A DNA stretch of 57,941 nt from Planctomycetota bacterium (GCA_016872895.1 VGYT01000001.1:1-57941), one strand, 5' to 3'. Numbered from the stretch's first letter, positions 7,590 to 17,261 are shown. The notes: generated from the letters alone by a model not told the origin. Numbers and translations are program-made.

Positions 7590-8501
7590 ATGAAACTTGT
7601 CATAGCCGTGGTGCTGGGCCTCGTGGTGGCGGCGGCAGGGGCGGCCGCCGTCGCAGTGGAAACGTCGAAGATGCCCGCGGCGACGGGGGCCGCCGCGCCG
7701 GCCGCAGGCACGCCGGGGATGAGCACGCCGGGCGCGGCCGCAGGAACCGCGCCTGCCGCGGCAATCGTCAGGGACACGGCCGCCAAGCCCGCGGATGCGG
7801 CCGCCCAGCGTGCGGCCGCAGAACTCAAGGCTCGTCAGGAAGCCCTCCGCAAGGCACAGGACCTGGCGCGGACGCGCCGGGCGATGGCCGCCGCGCGGGC
7901 GCCCGTCAACTTCGAGAACGCGGCCGTGCGGGACGTTCTGGCGTACCTGGCGGAGGTGGGCAAGTTCTCCATCGTCTTCGACAACGCGCTCCAGGAGGCG
8001 GGCATCGACCTGGCGGTCCGCACCGTCACCCTGCGGCTGACGGGCATGACGTACGAAGAGGCCCTGAACCTGGTCCTGCCCAAGGAGTGCGGGTACCGCA
8101 TCGAGGCCGGGTTCGTGCTGGTTACGACGCTCGAGAAATCGTGGGTGCCGCTGAAGACGGCCACGTACAGCATTCAACTGGCGCTGGCGGAGGTGCCCGA
8201 CTTCGAGGGGCCGCGGTTCGAGGTGAACACGGTCCTGGCGCAGACGCGGGCCGGCGGGGGGGGCGGGGGACTCTTCGGCACGACGACCGCCGCGCAGCCC
8301 GACGAAAAGGGCCGCGCCACCCCCGAACGCATCATTGAAATGATCAAGAAGTTCGTGCGCAACCAGAACGACCGCCGCGTCGCCCCGTGGGACGACGAGG
8401 GCGGCCCGGCCACGATCCAGCACCTGGGCGGGCGACTCATCATCTCGCAGACCGAGCACGGGCACCGCGCGGTGGCCAAACTGCTGGCGGCGATCGAGTA
8501 A
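7590..8501 (+). CDS. Secretin N0/N1-like domain protein (no pore domain), exported
   Basis: GGAAGGAGG upstream. Anchor MKLVIAVVLGLVVAAAGAAAV, an Ala/Pro linker, then an STN/N0-like segment (VNFENAAVRDVLAYLAEVGKFSIVFD...VTLRLTGMTYEEALNLVL). N1-like end ...GGRLIISQTEHGHRAVAKLLAAIE. Confidence 0.7.
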   Translation: MKLVIAVVLGLVVAAAGAAAVAVETSKMPAATGAAAPAAGTPGMSTPGAAAGTAPAAAIVRDTAAKPADAAAQRAAAELKARQEALRKAQDLARTRRAMAAARAPVNFENAAVRDVLAYLAEVGKFSIVFDNALQEAGIDLAVRTVTLRLTGMTYEEALNLVLPKECGYRIEAGFVLVTTLEKSWVPLKTATYSIQLALAEVPDFEGPRFEVNTVLAQTRAGGGGGGLFGTTTAAQPDEKGRATPERIIEMIKKFVRNQNDRRVAPWDDEGGPATIQHLGGRLIISQTEHGHRAVAKLLAAIE

Positions 8502-8527
8502 CAGGCCGCCCCCAGAACACGCTCAAC

Positions 8528-9475
8528 ATGATCCGATTCTCGCCCGGCATTCTGACGCTGGCCATGCTGATGCTCGCCGCGATGGCGGTGGCATCCGCTG
8601 CCGCGGAGAGCAATGCGCCGCCTGCGCCGAGCGCGGCCGCGCAGCCTGCGGCCACATTTCCCGCGAAGGAGACCGCCAAGCCGTCCCCGCCGCCCGTCCC
8701 GGCCGCCGCCCCGGCCAAGAGTGCGGCCACGGCGGACGCCACCGATGCGGCAGCGAAGAAGGCCGAGGCCCTGGCCGCGACCCGCCGCGCACTGGCGGCC
8801 CCCGTGGCGGGGCTTGCTTTCGATAAGGCGCCCCTGCGGGACGCCCTCGCGCGGCTGGCCGAGGCGGGGCGGTTCTCGCTCGTCTTTGACCCCGCTCTGA
8901 AGGAGACCGGCATAGACCTGGCCGCCCGGCCCGTAACCGCTCGGCTGGCGGGCATATCCTACGAAGATACCATCTTCCTTCTGCTGCCCACGGAGTGCGG
9001 CTACCGGACCGAGGCGGGGTACGTGCTGATAACGACGCTGGAGAAATCGTGGTTGCCGCTTCAGGCCGCCGTCTATAAGCCGCAACTGAAGCAGGCCGAA
9101 CCGCCGCCGATGGTGGTGGCGGGCGTGGGGACCGCAGGCGCAGGCCAGGCTAACACGCAGAACCTGGGCGCATCGTACCGCGGGCCGAACCCGTCGCGCT
9201 GGTCTGTTACGGCCGGGCAAAGCAGCGGGCGCGTAAGCGGGGGCTCAAGCACGTTTATCGCCACGACGCCGCCTGATCCGGTGCGCGATGCGTCGCCCGG
9301 CGAGATTATCGCCATGGTCAAGCGCCTCGTCCGCCACCAGGACGACCGCCGCATCGCCCCGTGGGACACGGAGGGCGGCCCGGCCTCTATCCATTTCGGC
9401 GCCGGGCGGCTGGTCATCACGCAGACCGAGCACGGGCACCGGGCGGTTGCGCGGCACCTCGCGGCGGCCGAGTAG
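8528..9475 (+). CDS. Secretin N0/N1-like domain protein, tandem paralog
   Basis: ORF 8387..9475 trimmed to ATG 8528 (MIRFSPGILTLAMLMLAAMAVASA signal). Same domain order as 7590..8501 (LAFDKAPLRDALARLAEAGRFSLVFD ... GRLVITQTEHGHRAVARHLAAAE). Confidence 0.7.
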   Translation: MIRFSPGILTLAMLMLAAMAVASAAAESNAPPAPSAAAQPAATFPAKETAKPSPPPVPAAAPAKSAATADATDAAAKKAEALAATRRALAAPVAGLAFDKAPLRDALARLAEAGRFSLVFDPALKETGIDLAARPVTARLAGISYEDTIFLLLPTECGYRTEAGYVLITTLEKSWLPLQAAVYKPQLKQAEPPPMVVAGVGTAGAGQANTQNLGASYRGPNPSRWSVTAGQSSGRVSGGSSTFIATTPPDPVRDASPGEIIAMVKRLVRHQDDRRIAPWDTEGGPASIHFGAGRLVITQTEHGHRAVARHLAAAE

Positions 9476-9702
9476 GCGCAGGCCCGGCAACCGCTCCGTT
9501 TCAAATGTGTTGTTGGGGCCGCCGGCGCGACCCCGGCCGGGGGTGACGGGCGGTCGCCCGGGCGGCCACGTATCATCGTTCTCCCGCCGGCATGCGCCCC
9601 GGTCCTACCGCGCGAGGAACTCGCCCACCGAGCGCAACTTGCCTCTACGCGCCGCGCAGCGCAGGGAGTATACTCAGGCTGCTCCGCGACAAGGAGAGCA
9701 CC

Positions 9703-10887
9703 ATGCACCAGTTCACCGCCGCCGTGGCGGGGGCGGGGTTCATCGGGCCGGTCCACGTGGAGGGGCTGAGGCGGGCGGGGGTCCGCGTGGCGGGCATCCT
9801 GGGCGTCTCGGGCGAGGAATCACGCACAGCCGCGGCCGCCCTCGGCCTGGAGAGGGCCTACCGCTCCTACGATGAACTCCTGGCGGACCGCGCGGTCGAT
9901 GCCATCCACATCGCCGTGCCTAACCGGCTGCACTACGACATGGCGCGGCAGGCGCTGGCGGCGGGCAAGCACGTCATGTGCGAGAAACCGCTGGCGATGG
10001 ACTCGCGCGAGTCGGCCGACCTCGTGGCGCTGGCACGCCGGAGCGGGCGGGCCGCGGCGGTCAACTACAACATTCGCTATTACCCGCTGGCGATTGAGGC
10101 CCGCGAGCGCGTCCGCCGCGGAGACCTGGGCGATATTTTCCACGTGGCGGGCAGTTACGTCCAGGACTGGCTCCTCCTGCCCACCGACTACAACTGGCGC
10201 GTGCTGGCCGAGGAAGGCGGCCGCCTGCGGGCCGTGGCCGACATCGGCACGCACTGGCTCGACCTTATCCACGCCGTCACGGGCCTCGAAGCGGAGGCCG
10301 TGTGTGCGGACCTGCGGACCGTGTTTCCCGTGCGCCAGCGGCCGCGGGGCGAGGTGGAGACCTTCTCCGGCAAGGCCGCGCCGCCCGCCGCAACCGAGCC
10401 CGTGAGCATCGCCACCGAGGATTATGGGTGCGTGATGCTGCGTTTCGGCGGCCTGCCCGCCGGCGGGCAGGCGGGCGGGGCGCGCGGGTGCTTGTGGGTA
10501 TCGCAGGTGACCGCGGGGCGCAAGAACTGCCTGCGGTACGAACTCGCCGGCAGCCGCGCGGCCCTGGCCTGGTGCAGCGAGAGGCCGAACGAACTCTGGA
10601 TCGGCCGGCGCGACCGGCCCAACGAGGTGCTTCTGCGCGACCCGGCCCTTGCGGCCCCGGCGGCGCGGGCGTTCATCGGGTATCCGGGCGGGCACAACGA
10701 GGGGTTCCCGGACACGTTCAAGCAGTGTTTCCGGGCGTTCTACGGTTCGATAGCGGCGGGGGACTTCGCGGCGGCGCCGGCGTTTCCGACGTTCGCCGAC
10801 GGGCACCGCGAAATCGTCCTGTGCGAAGCCATCCTGCGGTCGCACGAGGAAGGCCGCTGGGTCCAAGTGGAAAGGGGTGCACCATGA
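9703..10887 (+). CDS. Gfo/Idh/MocA-family oxidoreductase
   Basis: ORF 9592..10887 trimmed to ATG 9703 (AAGGAGAG just upstream). [16 protein letters not shown] Rossmann start; MCEKPLA motif. Confidence 0.85.
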   Translation: MHQFTAAVAGAGFIGPVHVEGLRRAGVRVAGILGVSGEESRTAAAALGLERAYRSYDELLADRAVDAIHIAVPNRLHYDMARQALAAGKHVMCEKPLAMDSRESADLVALARRSGRAAAVNYNIRYYPLAIEARERVRRGDLGDIFHVAGSYVQDWLLLPTDYNWRVLAEEGGRLRAVADIGTHWLDLIHAVTGLEAEAVCADLRTVFPVRQRPRGEVETFSGKAAPPAATEPVSIATEDYGCVMLRFGGLPAGGQAGGARGCLWVSQVTAGRKNCLRYELAGSRAALAWCSERPNELWIGRRDRPNEVLLRDPALAAPAARAFIGYPGGHNEGFPDTFKQCFRAFYGSIAAGDFAAAPAFPTFADGHREIVLCEAILRSHEEGRWVQVERGAP

Positions 10888-11798
10888 AACTGGGGTTTGT
10901 AAGCGCGATTCTGCCGGACCTGTCGCTGGGGGAGGTGCTTGAGTTCGCCGCAGCCGAGGGGCTCGACTGCGTCGAGGTCATGTGCTGGCCGAAGGGCAAG
11001 GCCGAGCGCCGCTACGCGGGCGTGACGCACATCGACGCGGCCGGCTTCGGCCGGGCCGAGGCCGACGCCGTCTGCGAGGCCGCCGCCACCGCAGGCGTGG
11101 AACTGAGCGGCCTGGGCTACTATCCGAACCCGCTTGCGCCCGACCCGCGCGAGGCTAGGGTGTACATCGAGCACATAAAGAAGGTCATCCGCGCGGCGGA
11201 ACTGCTGGGCGTGGGCGTGGTCAACACGTTCATCGGGCGCGACTGGACGCGGTCGGTGGACGACAATTGGCCGCGATTCCGCCAGGTGTGGCGGCCGCTG
11301 GTGCGGTTCGCCGCCGACCACGGCGTGCGGATAGGCATAGAGAACTGCCCGATGCTTTTTACGCGCGACGAGTGGCCGGGCGGGAAGAACCTGGCGCACA
11401 GCCCTGCCGTGTGGCGGCGGATGTTCAGCGAGATTCCCGACGCCAACTTCGGCCTGAACTACGACCCGTCGCACCTGGTGTGGCAGCAGATGGATTACAC
11501 GCGGCCTTTGTGGGAGTTCCGCGAGCGGATCTTCCACGTGCACGCCAAGGACGTGCGCATCGACCGCCACCGGCTGGACGACGCGGGCATCCTGGCCACG
11601 CCCCTTGAGTTCCATCGGCCGAAGTTGCCCGGACTGGGCGAGATCAACTGGGGCCGTTTCCTTTCCGTCCTGGGCGACGTCGGCTACCGCGGCCCGGTGT
11701 GCATCGAGGTGGAGGACCGCGCGTACGAAGGGTCGCTGGAGGACCGCAAGCGAGCCGTCCGCCAGAGCGCGGCGCATCTGCGGAACTTCCTGGCGTAG
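10884..11798 (+). CDS. Sugar phosphate isomerase/epimerase (xylose-isomerase-like TIM barrel)
   Basis: ORF 10302..11798 trimmed to ATG 10884, which overlaps the upstream stop (ATGA). [15 protein letters not shown]; IENCP, HVHAKD and CIEVED segments. Confidence 0.8.
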   Translation: MKLGFVSAILPDLSLGEVLEFAAAEGLDCVEVMCWPKGKAERRYAGVTHIDAAGFGRAEADAVCEAAATAGVELSGLGYYPNPLAPDPREARVYIEHIKKVIRAAELLGVGVVNTFIGRDWTRSVDDNWPRFRQVWRPLVRFAADHGVRIGIENCPMLFTRDEWPGGKNLAHSPAVWRRMFSEIPDANFGLNYDPSHLVWQQMDYTRPLWEFRERIFHVHAKDVRIDRHRLDDAGILATPLEFHRPKLPGLGEINWGRFLSVLGDVGYRGPVCIEVEDRAYEGSLEDRKRAVRQSAAHLRNFLA

Positions 11799-11820
11799 GC
11801 CGCCGCAAGCGGCGGAAACG

Positions 11821-11922
11821 CCCAAACCCGAAACCCGAATCGCGAATCAAAAGGCAAACGGCGAAAGGCAAACGGCAAGTTTGTGTTTGGGCATTGTCGT
11901 TTGATTCGGGTTCCGGGTTTCG
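11821..11922. repeat. Heptad-periodic inverted repeat (CCCGAAN units)
   Basis: Left arm CCCAAACCCGAAACCCGAATCGCGAATC. Right arm GATTCGGGTTCCGGGTTTCG. Core AAAAGGCAAAC. It fills the spacer between stop 11798 and start 11956. Confidence 0.85.
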
Positions 11923-11955
11923 TCATTTCTTGCGGTGTACCCGAAAGGAGACGGC

Positions 11956-13467
11956 ATGAACCGCACCGGAGACGGACGGATGCGCCGGCGAACATTTTTC
12001 AAGGTCGCAGCCGGGAGCGCGGCCGCGGCGGCCTTGCCGTGGGCGCACCTTGTGCGCGCGGCCGCCGCAGGCGCGGCCGCAGCCGGCCAGGCCGACGCCG
12101 GCCGCCGGCCGAACATCGTCTTCATCCTTGCCGACGACCTCGGCTACGCCGATGTCGGCTGCTATGGCCAGCAGCGCATCAAGACGCCCAGCATCGACCG
12201 CCTGGCCGCCGAGGGGATGCGGTTTACCGATTTCTACGCCGGCGGCTGCGTGTGCATTCCGTCGCGGTCTTGCCTGATGCAGGGCCTGCACAGCGGCCAC
12301 ACGCGGCACCACGGCAGCAACTCGCACGTGCCGCTGGAGGATTCCGACCTCACCGTGGCCGAGGTCCTGCGCGACGCCGGCTACACGACCGCATGCCTCG
12401 GCAAGTGGGCCCTGGGCGACGACCTCCAGGGCCCCGGCGCCGCGCACAAGCAGGGCTGGGACTACTACTTCGGCGAGCCGAACCAGACGACTGTCCACAG
12501 TTACTACCTGCCGCACATGTGGGAGTTCGACCGCGACGGCTCCGTCAGCGGCCTGCCGCCGGACAAGGAGATGCGCAAAGTGCCGCTGCCGGGCAACGAG
12601 GGCGGCGGCCGCAAGGAATACAGCCACGATAAACTCGCCGAGAAAGCCCTGGCCTACCTGGACGCCCGCGCGGCCGGGCTTGCCACGGCGTCGCCCTTGC
12701 GAGCCGGGCCGAAGCCGTTCTTCCTGTACGTGCCCTTCACCATCCCGCACGCGGACTTCGAGGCACCCAGCGACGAGCCGTACTCCAGGGAAGACTGGCC
12801 TGAGACCGAGAGGATTTACGCCGCCATGATCACGCGCATGGACGCCGACATAGGCCGCATCATGGCGCGGCTGAAGGAGCGCGGCCTGGACGAGAACACG
12901 CTGGTCATCTTCACGAGCGACAACGGGCCGACCAACGGCAAGGATCACAAGGCGGCGTTCTTCAGTAGCGCCGGGCCGCTGCGGGGCCTGAAGGCGTCGC
13001 TCTACGAGGGCGGCATCCGCGTGCCGTTTGTCGCGCGGTGGCCGGGCAAGGTGGCCCCCGGCGCCACCTGCCGCACAGCCCTGGCGTTCTGGGATTTTCT
13101 GCCGACGGCGGCCGAGTTGGCGGGCGCGGCGGCGCCGGCCAACCTGGACGGCATAAGTTTCGTCCCCGCCCTGCTGGGCCGGCCCCAGCCGGAACACGAG
13201 TTCCTTTACTGGGAATCGCCCCGTCAGCGTGCCGTGCGCGTGGGCCGCTTCAAGGCGATTCTCTCGGGCGCGGACCTGAAGGTGGAGGGCCTTTACGACT
13301 TGGCGGCGGACCTGGGCGAACAGACTGATGTTGCATCGGCCCACGCGGACATCGCCCAGAAGGCCCGCGCGTTCGCGCTTGCGGCCGGGTCCCGCCCGGC
13401 CGAGCCTGCGCTGCCCGACGCCGCACCCAGGCAAACGAAGCCGAAGGCCAAGGCGGAGAAGAACTGA
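11956..13467 (+). CDS. Sulfatase, Tat-type signal
   Basis: ORF 11935..13467 trimmed to ATG 11956 (AAAGGAG upstream). RRRTFFKVAAGSAAAAALPWA; NIVFILADDLGYAD; C-I-P-S-R signature (GGCVCIPSRSCLMQG). Confidence 0.9.
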   Translation: MNRTGDGRMRRRTFFKVAAGSAAAAALPWAHLVRAAAAGAAAAGQADAGRRPNIVFILADDLGYADVGCYGQQRIKTPSIDRLAAEGMRFTDFYAGGCVCIPSRSCLMQGLHSGHTRHHGSNSHVPLEDSDLTVAEVLRDAGYTTACLGKWALGDDLQGPGAAHKQGWDYYFGEPNQTTVHSYYLPHMWEFDRDGSVSGLPPDKEMRKVPLPGNEGGGRKEYSHDKLAEKALAYLDARAAGLATASPLRAGPKPFFLYVPFTIPHADFEAPSDEPYSREDWPETERIYAAMITRMDADIGRIMARLKERGLDENTLVIFTSDNGPTNGKDHKAAFFSSAGPLRGLKASLYEGGIRVPFVARWPGKVAPGATCRTALAFWDFLPTAAELAGAAAPANLDGISFVPALLGRPQPEHEFLYWESPRQRAVRVGRFKAILSGADLKVEGLYDLAADLGEQTDVASAHADIAQKARAFALAAGSRPAEPALPDAAPRQTKPKAKAEKN

Positions 13468-13490
13468 GCCCCGCGCTGCGGTCACCGTGT

Positions 13491-13519
13491 CAGGGCCGCG
13501 ACCGTAAGGGCCGCGGCCC
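13491..13519. repeat. GC-rich hairpin sharing the CAGRGCCGCGACCGTAAGGG word with 2489-2567
   Basis: CAGGGCCGCGACCGTAAGGGCCGCGGCCC, with stem GGGCCGCG/CGCGGCCC. It starts 24 nt after the sulfatase stop. Confidence 0.6.
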
Positions 13520-13597
13520 GCCAGGACGGAGGGCGGGCCACAGCCGCGTCATTCTCAACCTGCAACCAGGCGCATACTTGCGTGCGGCGGATTTGAT

Positions 13598-13626
13598 TTG
13601 ACTGCCCCCGTCGCGCGGGCAATAGT
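13598..13626 (+). promoter_or_regulatory. Possible sigma70-like promoter for the kinase gene
   Basis: TTGACT, a 17-nt spacer, then AATAGT. The -10 ends 35 nt before ATG 13662. Confidence 0.3.
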
Positions 13627-13661
13627 CTTTAGAGCACCGGGGAACACTTCACGGCGCGGGT

Positions 13662-14897
13662 ATGCCTGCACCATCGGAAGCACGCTTCGAGCAGTACGTC
13701 CTGGACCGCGGCCTGGCGGGCGAGGAGGAACTGCGCGACGCGCGGCGCCTCGTGGACCAGGCCAAGGAGCAGGGGCGGCGCCTGGCGATGCCCGAGGCAC
13801 TGGTCCAGGTGGGCGCCCTGACGCGCAGCCAGGCCCGCCGCGCGCTGGGGGCGCTTAAGGAAGATACCGCCTCGCCCGCCATCCAGATTCCCGGCGTCGA
13901 GATCGAGGAGAAGATAGGTCGCGGCAGCCAGGCCGTGGTGTACAGGGGGCGGCAGGTGTCGGTTGACCGGCCGGTGGCCGTCAAGATTCTCCTCTCGCAG
14001 GCCGCGAGCGACCCCGACGCCCGCCGCCGCTTCATCCAGGAGGCCCGCGCGGCCGCCAAACTCTCGCACAACAACATCGTCCAGGCGATAGACGCGGGAG
14101 AGGCCGACGGATACTCCTACTTCATCCAGGAGTACATCGACGGCACGACCGCCTACGACCTGCTGAAGGCCCGCGGCGGGCCGTTGGAGGAAGAGGAAGC
14201 CCTGCGCATCGTCATCCAGATTGCCGAGGCCCTGGCCCACGCCCACTCGCGCGGCTTCATCCACCGCGACGTCAAGCCCCGCAACATCATGCTCACGCGC
14301 GAGGGCGTCGCAAAACTGGCCGACATGGGCTTTGCGCGGCACCTAAGCGACGCGGCCGGGGCCGCGGACGAGGTCGGCAAGGCCTTCGGCACGCCGTACT
14401 ACATCGCGCCGGAGCAGGTCGTGGGCAGCCGACATGTTGATTTCCGGGCCGACGTTTACTCGCTCGGGGCCACGTTCTACGAGATGCTCACCGGCCGGCC
14501 GCCCTTCATGGCTCCCACGCCGCAGCAGGTGATGCAGAAGCACGTGAGCGGCCGGCTGCTGCCGCCGGACCACGTGAACCCGAACCTGTCGGTGGGCGTC
14601 GGCGAGGTGGTCGAGGTGATGCTGGCCAAGCGCCCGCAGGACCGGTACGCTTCGACGGCGGACCTGCTGCTGGACCTGCGGAGTGTGGCGGCCGGGCAGC
14701 CGCCGCGCGTCGCCCGCGAGAAGGTGGGCCTGCGTCCGGACCTGCTGGAGGGCCTTGCGGCGGGGGAGAAAATCCGCCCGAAGAGTTACGGGCCGCCGCT
14801 CACCGCCGGGCCGTTCACCGTCAACCAACTTACGATCATCCTGATCGTCGCCCTGGCGGTGGCGATACTTATCAATATCCTTCAGGCGGTAATGTAG
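13662..14897 (+). CDS. Ser/Thr protein kinase with C-terminal TM helix
   Basis: ORF 13662..14897. GRGSQAVVY, VAVK, HRDVKPRNIM, ADMGFAR and GTPYYIAPEQ motifs. C-terminal LTIILIVALAVAILINIL. Confidence 0.9.
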   Translation: MPAPSEARFEQYVLDRGLAGEEELRDARRLVDQAKEQGRRLAMPEALVQVGALTRSQARRALGALKEDTASPAIQIPGVEIEEKIGRGSQAVVYRGRQVSVDRPVAVKILLSQAASDPDARRRFIQEARAAAKLSHNNIVQAIDAGEADGYSYFIQEYIDGTTAYDLLKARGGPLEEEEALRIVIQIAEALAHAHSRGFIHRDVKPRNIMLTREGVAKLADMGFARHLSDAAGAADEVGKAFGTPYYIAPEQVVGSRHVDFRADVYSLGATFYEMLTGRPPFMAPTPQQVMQKHVSGRLLPPDHVNPNLSVGVGEVVEVMLAKRPQDRYASTADLLLDLRSVAAGQPPRVAREKVGLRPDLLEGLAAGEKIRPKSYGPPLTAGPFTVNQLTIILIVALAVAILINILQAVM

Positions 14898-14960
14898 CGG
14901 CCCGCACTCGCGCGGCAGGAGCGCACATGAACGGTCCGTCGCGTTCGCTGCATCGCACGC

Positions 14961-15072
14961 CAAGACCCGGAACCCGAATCCCGAATGAAAAGGCAAACTG
15001 CAATGAAGAAAGCCGCGCGCGGGGCCGTTCTTTTTGGTCATTCGGGCTTCGGGTTTCGGGCTTCGGGCTTTG
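14961..15072. repeat. Heptad-periodic inverted repeat (CCCGAAN / CGGGYTT units)
   Basis: Left arm ACCCGGAACCCGAATCCCGAATG. Right arm GGTCATTCGGGCTTCGGGTTTCGGGCTTCGGGCTTTG. Shares the GAAAAGGCAAAC core with 11821-11922. Confidence 0.85.
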
Positions 15073-17261
15073 CCGGCGCGGCCCTTCTTCTGGCGTGGGC
15101 CTGCTGCCCAGCGCAGGCGGGCCTGAGGCCCCTGCCGCCGCGCACCGCCGTCAATCTCGACGGCACGTGGCAGGCGGAGGAGGGCGGCATGGACTCGCCG
15201 CCCGCCGCCTACACGCACACCGCGCCGGTGCCCGGCCTGGCCGACATGGCCGAGCCTCCTTTCAAGGACGTCGGCCGCAAGAGCGCCCTGCGGCAGGCGT
15301 TCTGGTACCGCCGCACGTTCAAGGTCGCCGGGCCGCTGCCCGACGTGGCCGTCCTGAAGATTCACAAGGCCCGCTACGGCACGCGGGTCTTCCTGAACGG
15401 AAAGGCCGTGGGCGATCACCTGCCTTGCTTCACGCCCGCGTATATGCCGGTGCGGGAGCACCTGCGGGCCGGCGGGGCGGAGAATGAACTCGTCGTCCGC
15501 GTCGGGGCCGACCGCGAGTGCATCCCCCCCGACATGCCCGCCGGGTGGGACATCGAGAAGTACCTGTTCATCCCCGGCATCTACGATTCGGTGGAGTTGA
15601 TCCTGGCGGGCGCGCCCTACATCGTGAACGTGCAGGCCGCGGCCGATGTGGCCGGCAAGGCCGTCCGCGTCGTCGCCGAACTCCAGGCCGCCGGCAAGCC
15701 GTGCCAGGCTGCGCTCAGGGCCGAGGTGGCCGAGGGCGCGGGCCGTGCCGTGGCCGGCGGCACGCCTGCCGTGCCAGGGGGCGACGCCGGGGCAAGGCCG
15801 GCCGTCGCTTCCGCCGCGGCGCCCCCGGTGCACCTGGAGGCCGGCGAGAAGAAGACCGTCGACCTGGCGATTTCCATTCCGAACTGCCGCCTCTGGTCGC
15901 CGGAGGACCCTTTCCTCTACGACCTGCGCCTGGCCACGGGCGCCGACGCCGCCAGCGTGCGCTTCGGCATGCGGTCGTTCCGGTTCGACCCGGAGTCGGG
16001 GCGGGCGGTCCTGAACGGGCGCACGTACTACCTTCGCGGCAGCAACGTCACGTGCTACCGTTTCTTCGAGGACGCCGACCGCAAGGACCTGCCCTGGCGG
16101 GCCGAGTGGGTCCGCCGCCTCCACCGGAAGTTCAAGTCGATGCACTGGAACTCGCTGAGGTACTGCATCGGCTTCCCGCCGGAACTCTGGTACGACATTG
16201 CCGACGAGGAGGGGCTGCTCATCCAGGACGAGTTCCCCATCTGGCTGGCCAACGCGCCCGAGAAGCCCGTGGCCGGGAAGATCATCCCGCAGTACGCCGA
16301 TTGGATGCGCGAGCGGTGGAACCATCCTTGCGTCGTCATCTGGGACGCCCAGAACGAGAGCGTCACGCCGGAGACCGGCAAGGCCATCCAGGCCGTCCGC
16401 GGGCTGGACTTGTCGAGCCGCCCCTGGGACAACGGCTGGTCCGAGCCGCAGAGCGCCGCCGACTGCGTCGAGGCGCACCCGTACCTGTTCGTGCGGGGCT
16501 GGCAGGGCAAGGAGCCGTTCCGCCTGAAGGAGATCGCCGGGATGTCCGGCGAGCCGCGGCTGAGGGCCGAGCAGAAGAAACTCCCCGCCGCCGCGGTCAT
16601 CATCAACGAGTACGGGTGGCTGTGGCTCACGCGCGACGGCCAGCCCACGTGCCTGACGCAGAAGGTGTACGAGGGCCTCCTCGGGCCGAACTCAACCGTC
16701 GAGCAGCGCCGCGTGCTCTACGGCCGCTACCTGGCTGCGCTCACGGAGTTCTGGCGCTGCCGGCGCCAGTGCGCCGGCGTGCTGCACTTTTGCGGCCTGG
16801 GTTACTCGCGCCCGGGCGACAAGCCCCGCCCCGAAGGCGGCGCAACGAGCGACCACTTCCTTGACCTGGAGACGCTGGCCCTGGAGCCGAACTTCGAGCG
16901 ATACGTCCGCGACGCCTTCAGCCCCGTGGGACTGATGCTCGATTTCTGGGCCGAGGAACTCACCGCCGGCGCCGCGCCGCAGCAGGTGAAGGTATATGTC
17001 ATCAACGACCTTTACGATGAGTGGCGCGGCAAGGCGGCCCTGTGCGTGCTGGAAGGCGGGCGGCCCGTGTCGCAGGAAGAGCAGGACTGCACCGTCCCGC
17101 CGCTCGGGCGCACGGTGCTCTCGTTCACGCTGGCCGCGCCCGCCAGGGCAGGCGCGTACACCGCGGCGGCCGAACTCCGGGGCGCCGCGGGCCCGCCCGT
17201 CCGCAGCCTGCGCGATTTCCGCGTGACGGCGCAAGAGAAGCCGCCGGCGCCCTCCCCGTAG
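15003..17261 (+). CDS. Glycoside hydrolase family 2
   Basis: ORF 14985..17261; start at ATG 15003 (MKKAARG...) or 14985. Signal-like N-terminus ending PAQA; FWYRRTF sugar-binding-domain hallmark; WDAQNES. Both candidate ATGs lie inside the heptad hairpin. Confidence 0.85.
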   Translation: MKKAARGAVLFGHSGFGFRASGFAGAALLLAWACCPAQAGLRPLPPRTAVNLDGTWQAEEGGMDSPPAAYTHTAPVPGLADMAEPPFKDVGRKSALRQAFWYRRTFKVAGPLPDVAVLKIHKARYGTRVFLNGKAVGDHLPCFTPAYMPVREHLRAGGAENELVVRVGADRECIPPDMPAGWDIEKYLFIPGIYDSVELILAGAPYIVNVQAAADVAGKAVRVVAELQAAGKPCQAALRAEVAEGAGRAVAGGTPAVPGGDAGARPAVASAAAPPVHLEAGEKKTVDLAISIPNCRLWSPEDPFLYDLRLATGADAASVRFGMRSFRFDPESGRAVLNGRTYYLRGSNVTCYRFFEDADRKDLPWRAEWVRRLHRKFKSMHWNSLRYCIGFPPELWYDIADEEGLLIQDEFPIWLANAPEKPVAGKIIPQYADWMRERWNHPCVVIWDAQNESVTPETGKAIQAVRGLDLSSRPWDNGWSEPQSAADCVEAHPYLFVRGWQGKEPFRLKEIAGMSGEPRLRAEQKKLPAAAVIINEYGWLWLTRDGQPTCLTQKVYEGLLGPNSTVEQRRVLYGRYLAALTEFWRCRRQCAGVLHFCGLGYSRPGDKPRPEGGATSDHFLDLETLALEPNFERYVRDAFSPVGLMLDFWAEELTAGAAPQQVKVYVINDLYDEWRGKAALCVLEGGRPVSQEEQDCTVPPLGRTVLSFTLAAPARAGAYTAAAELRGAAGPPVRSLRDFRVTAQEKPPAPSP

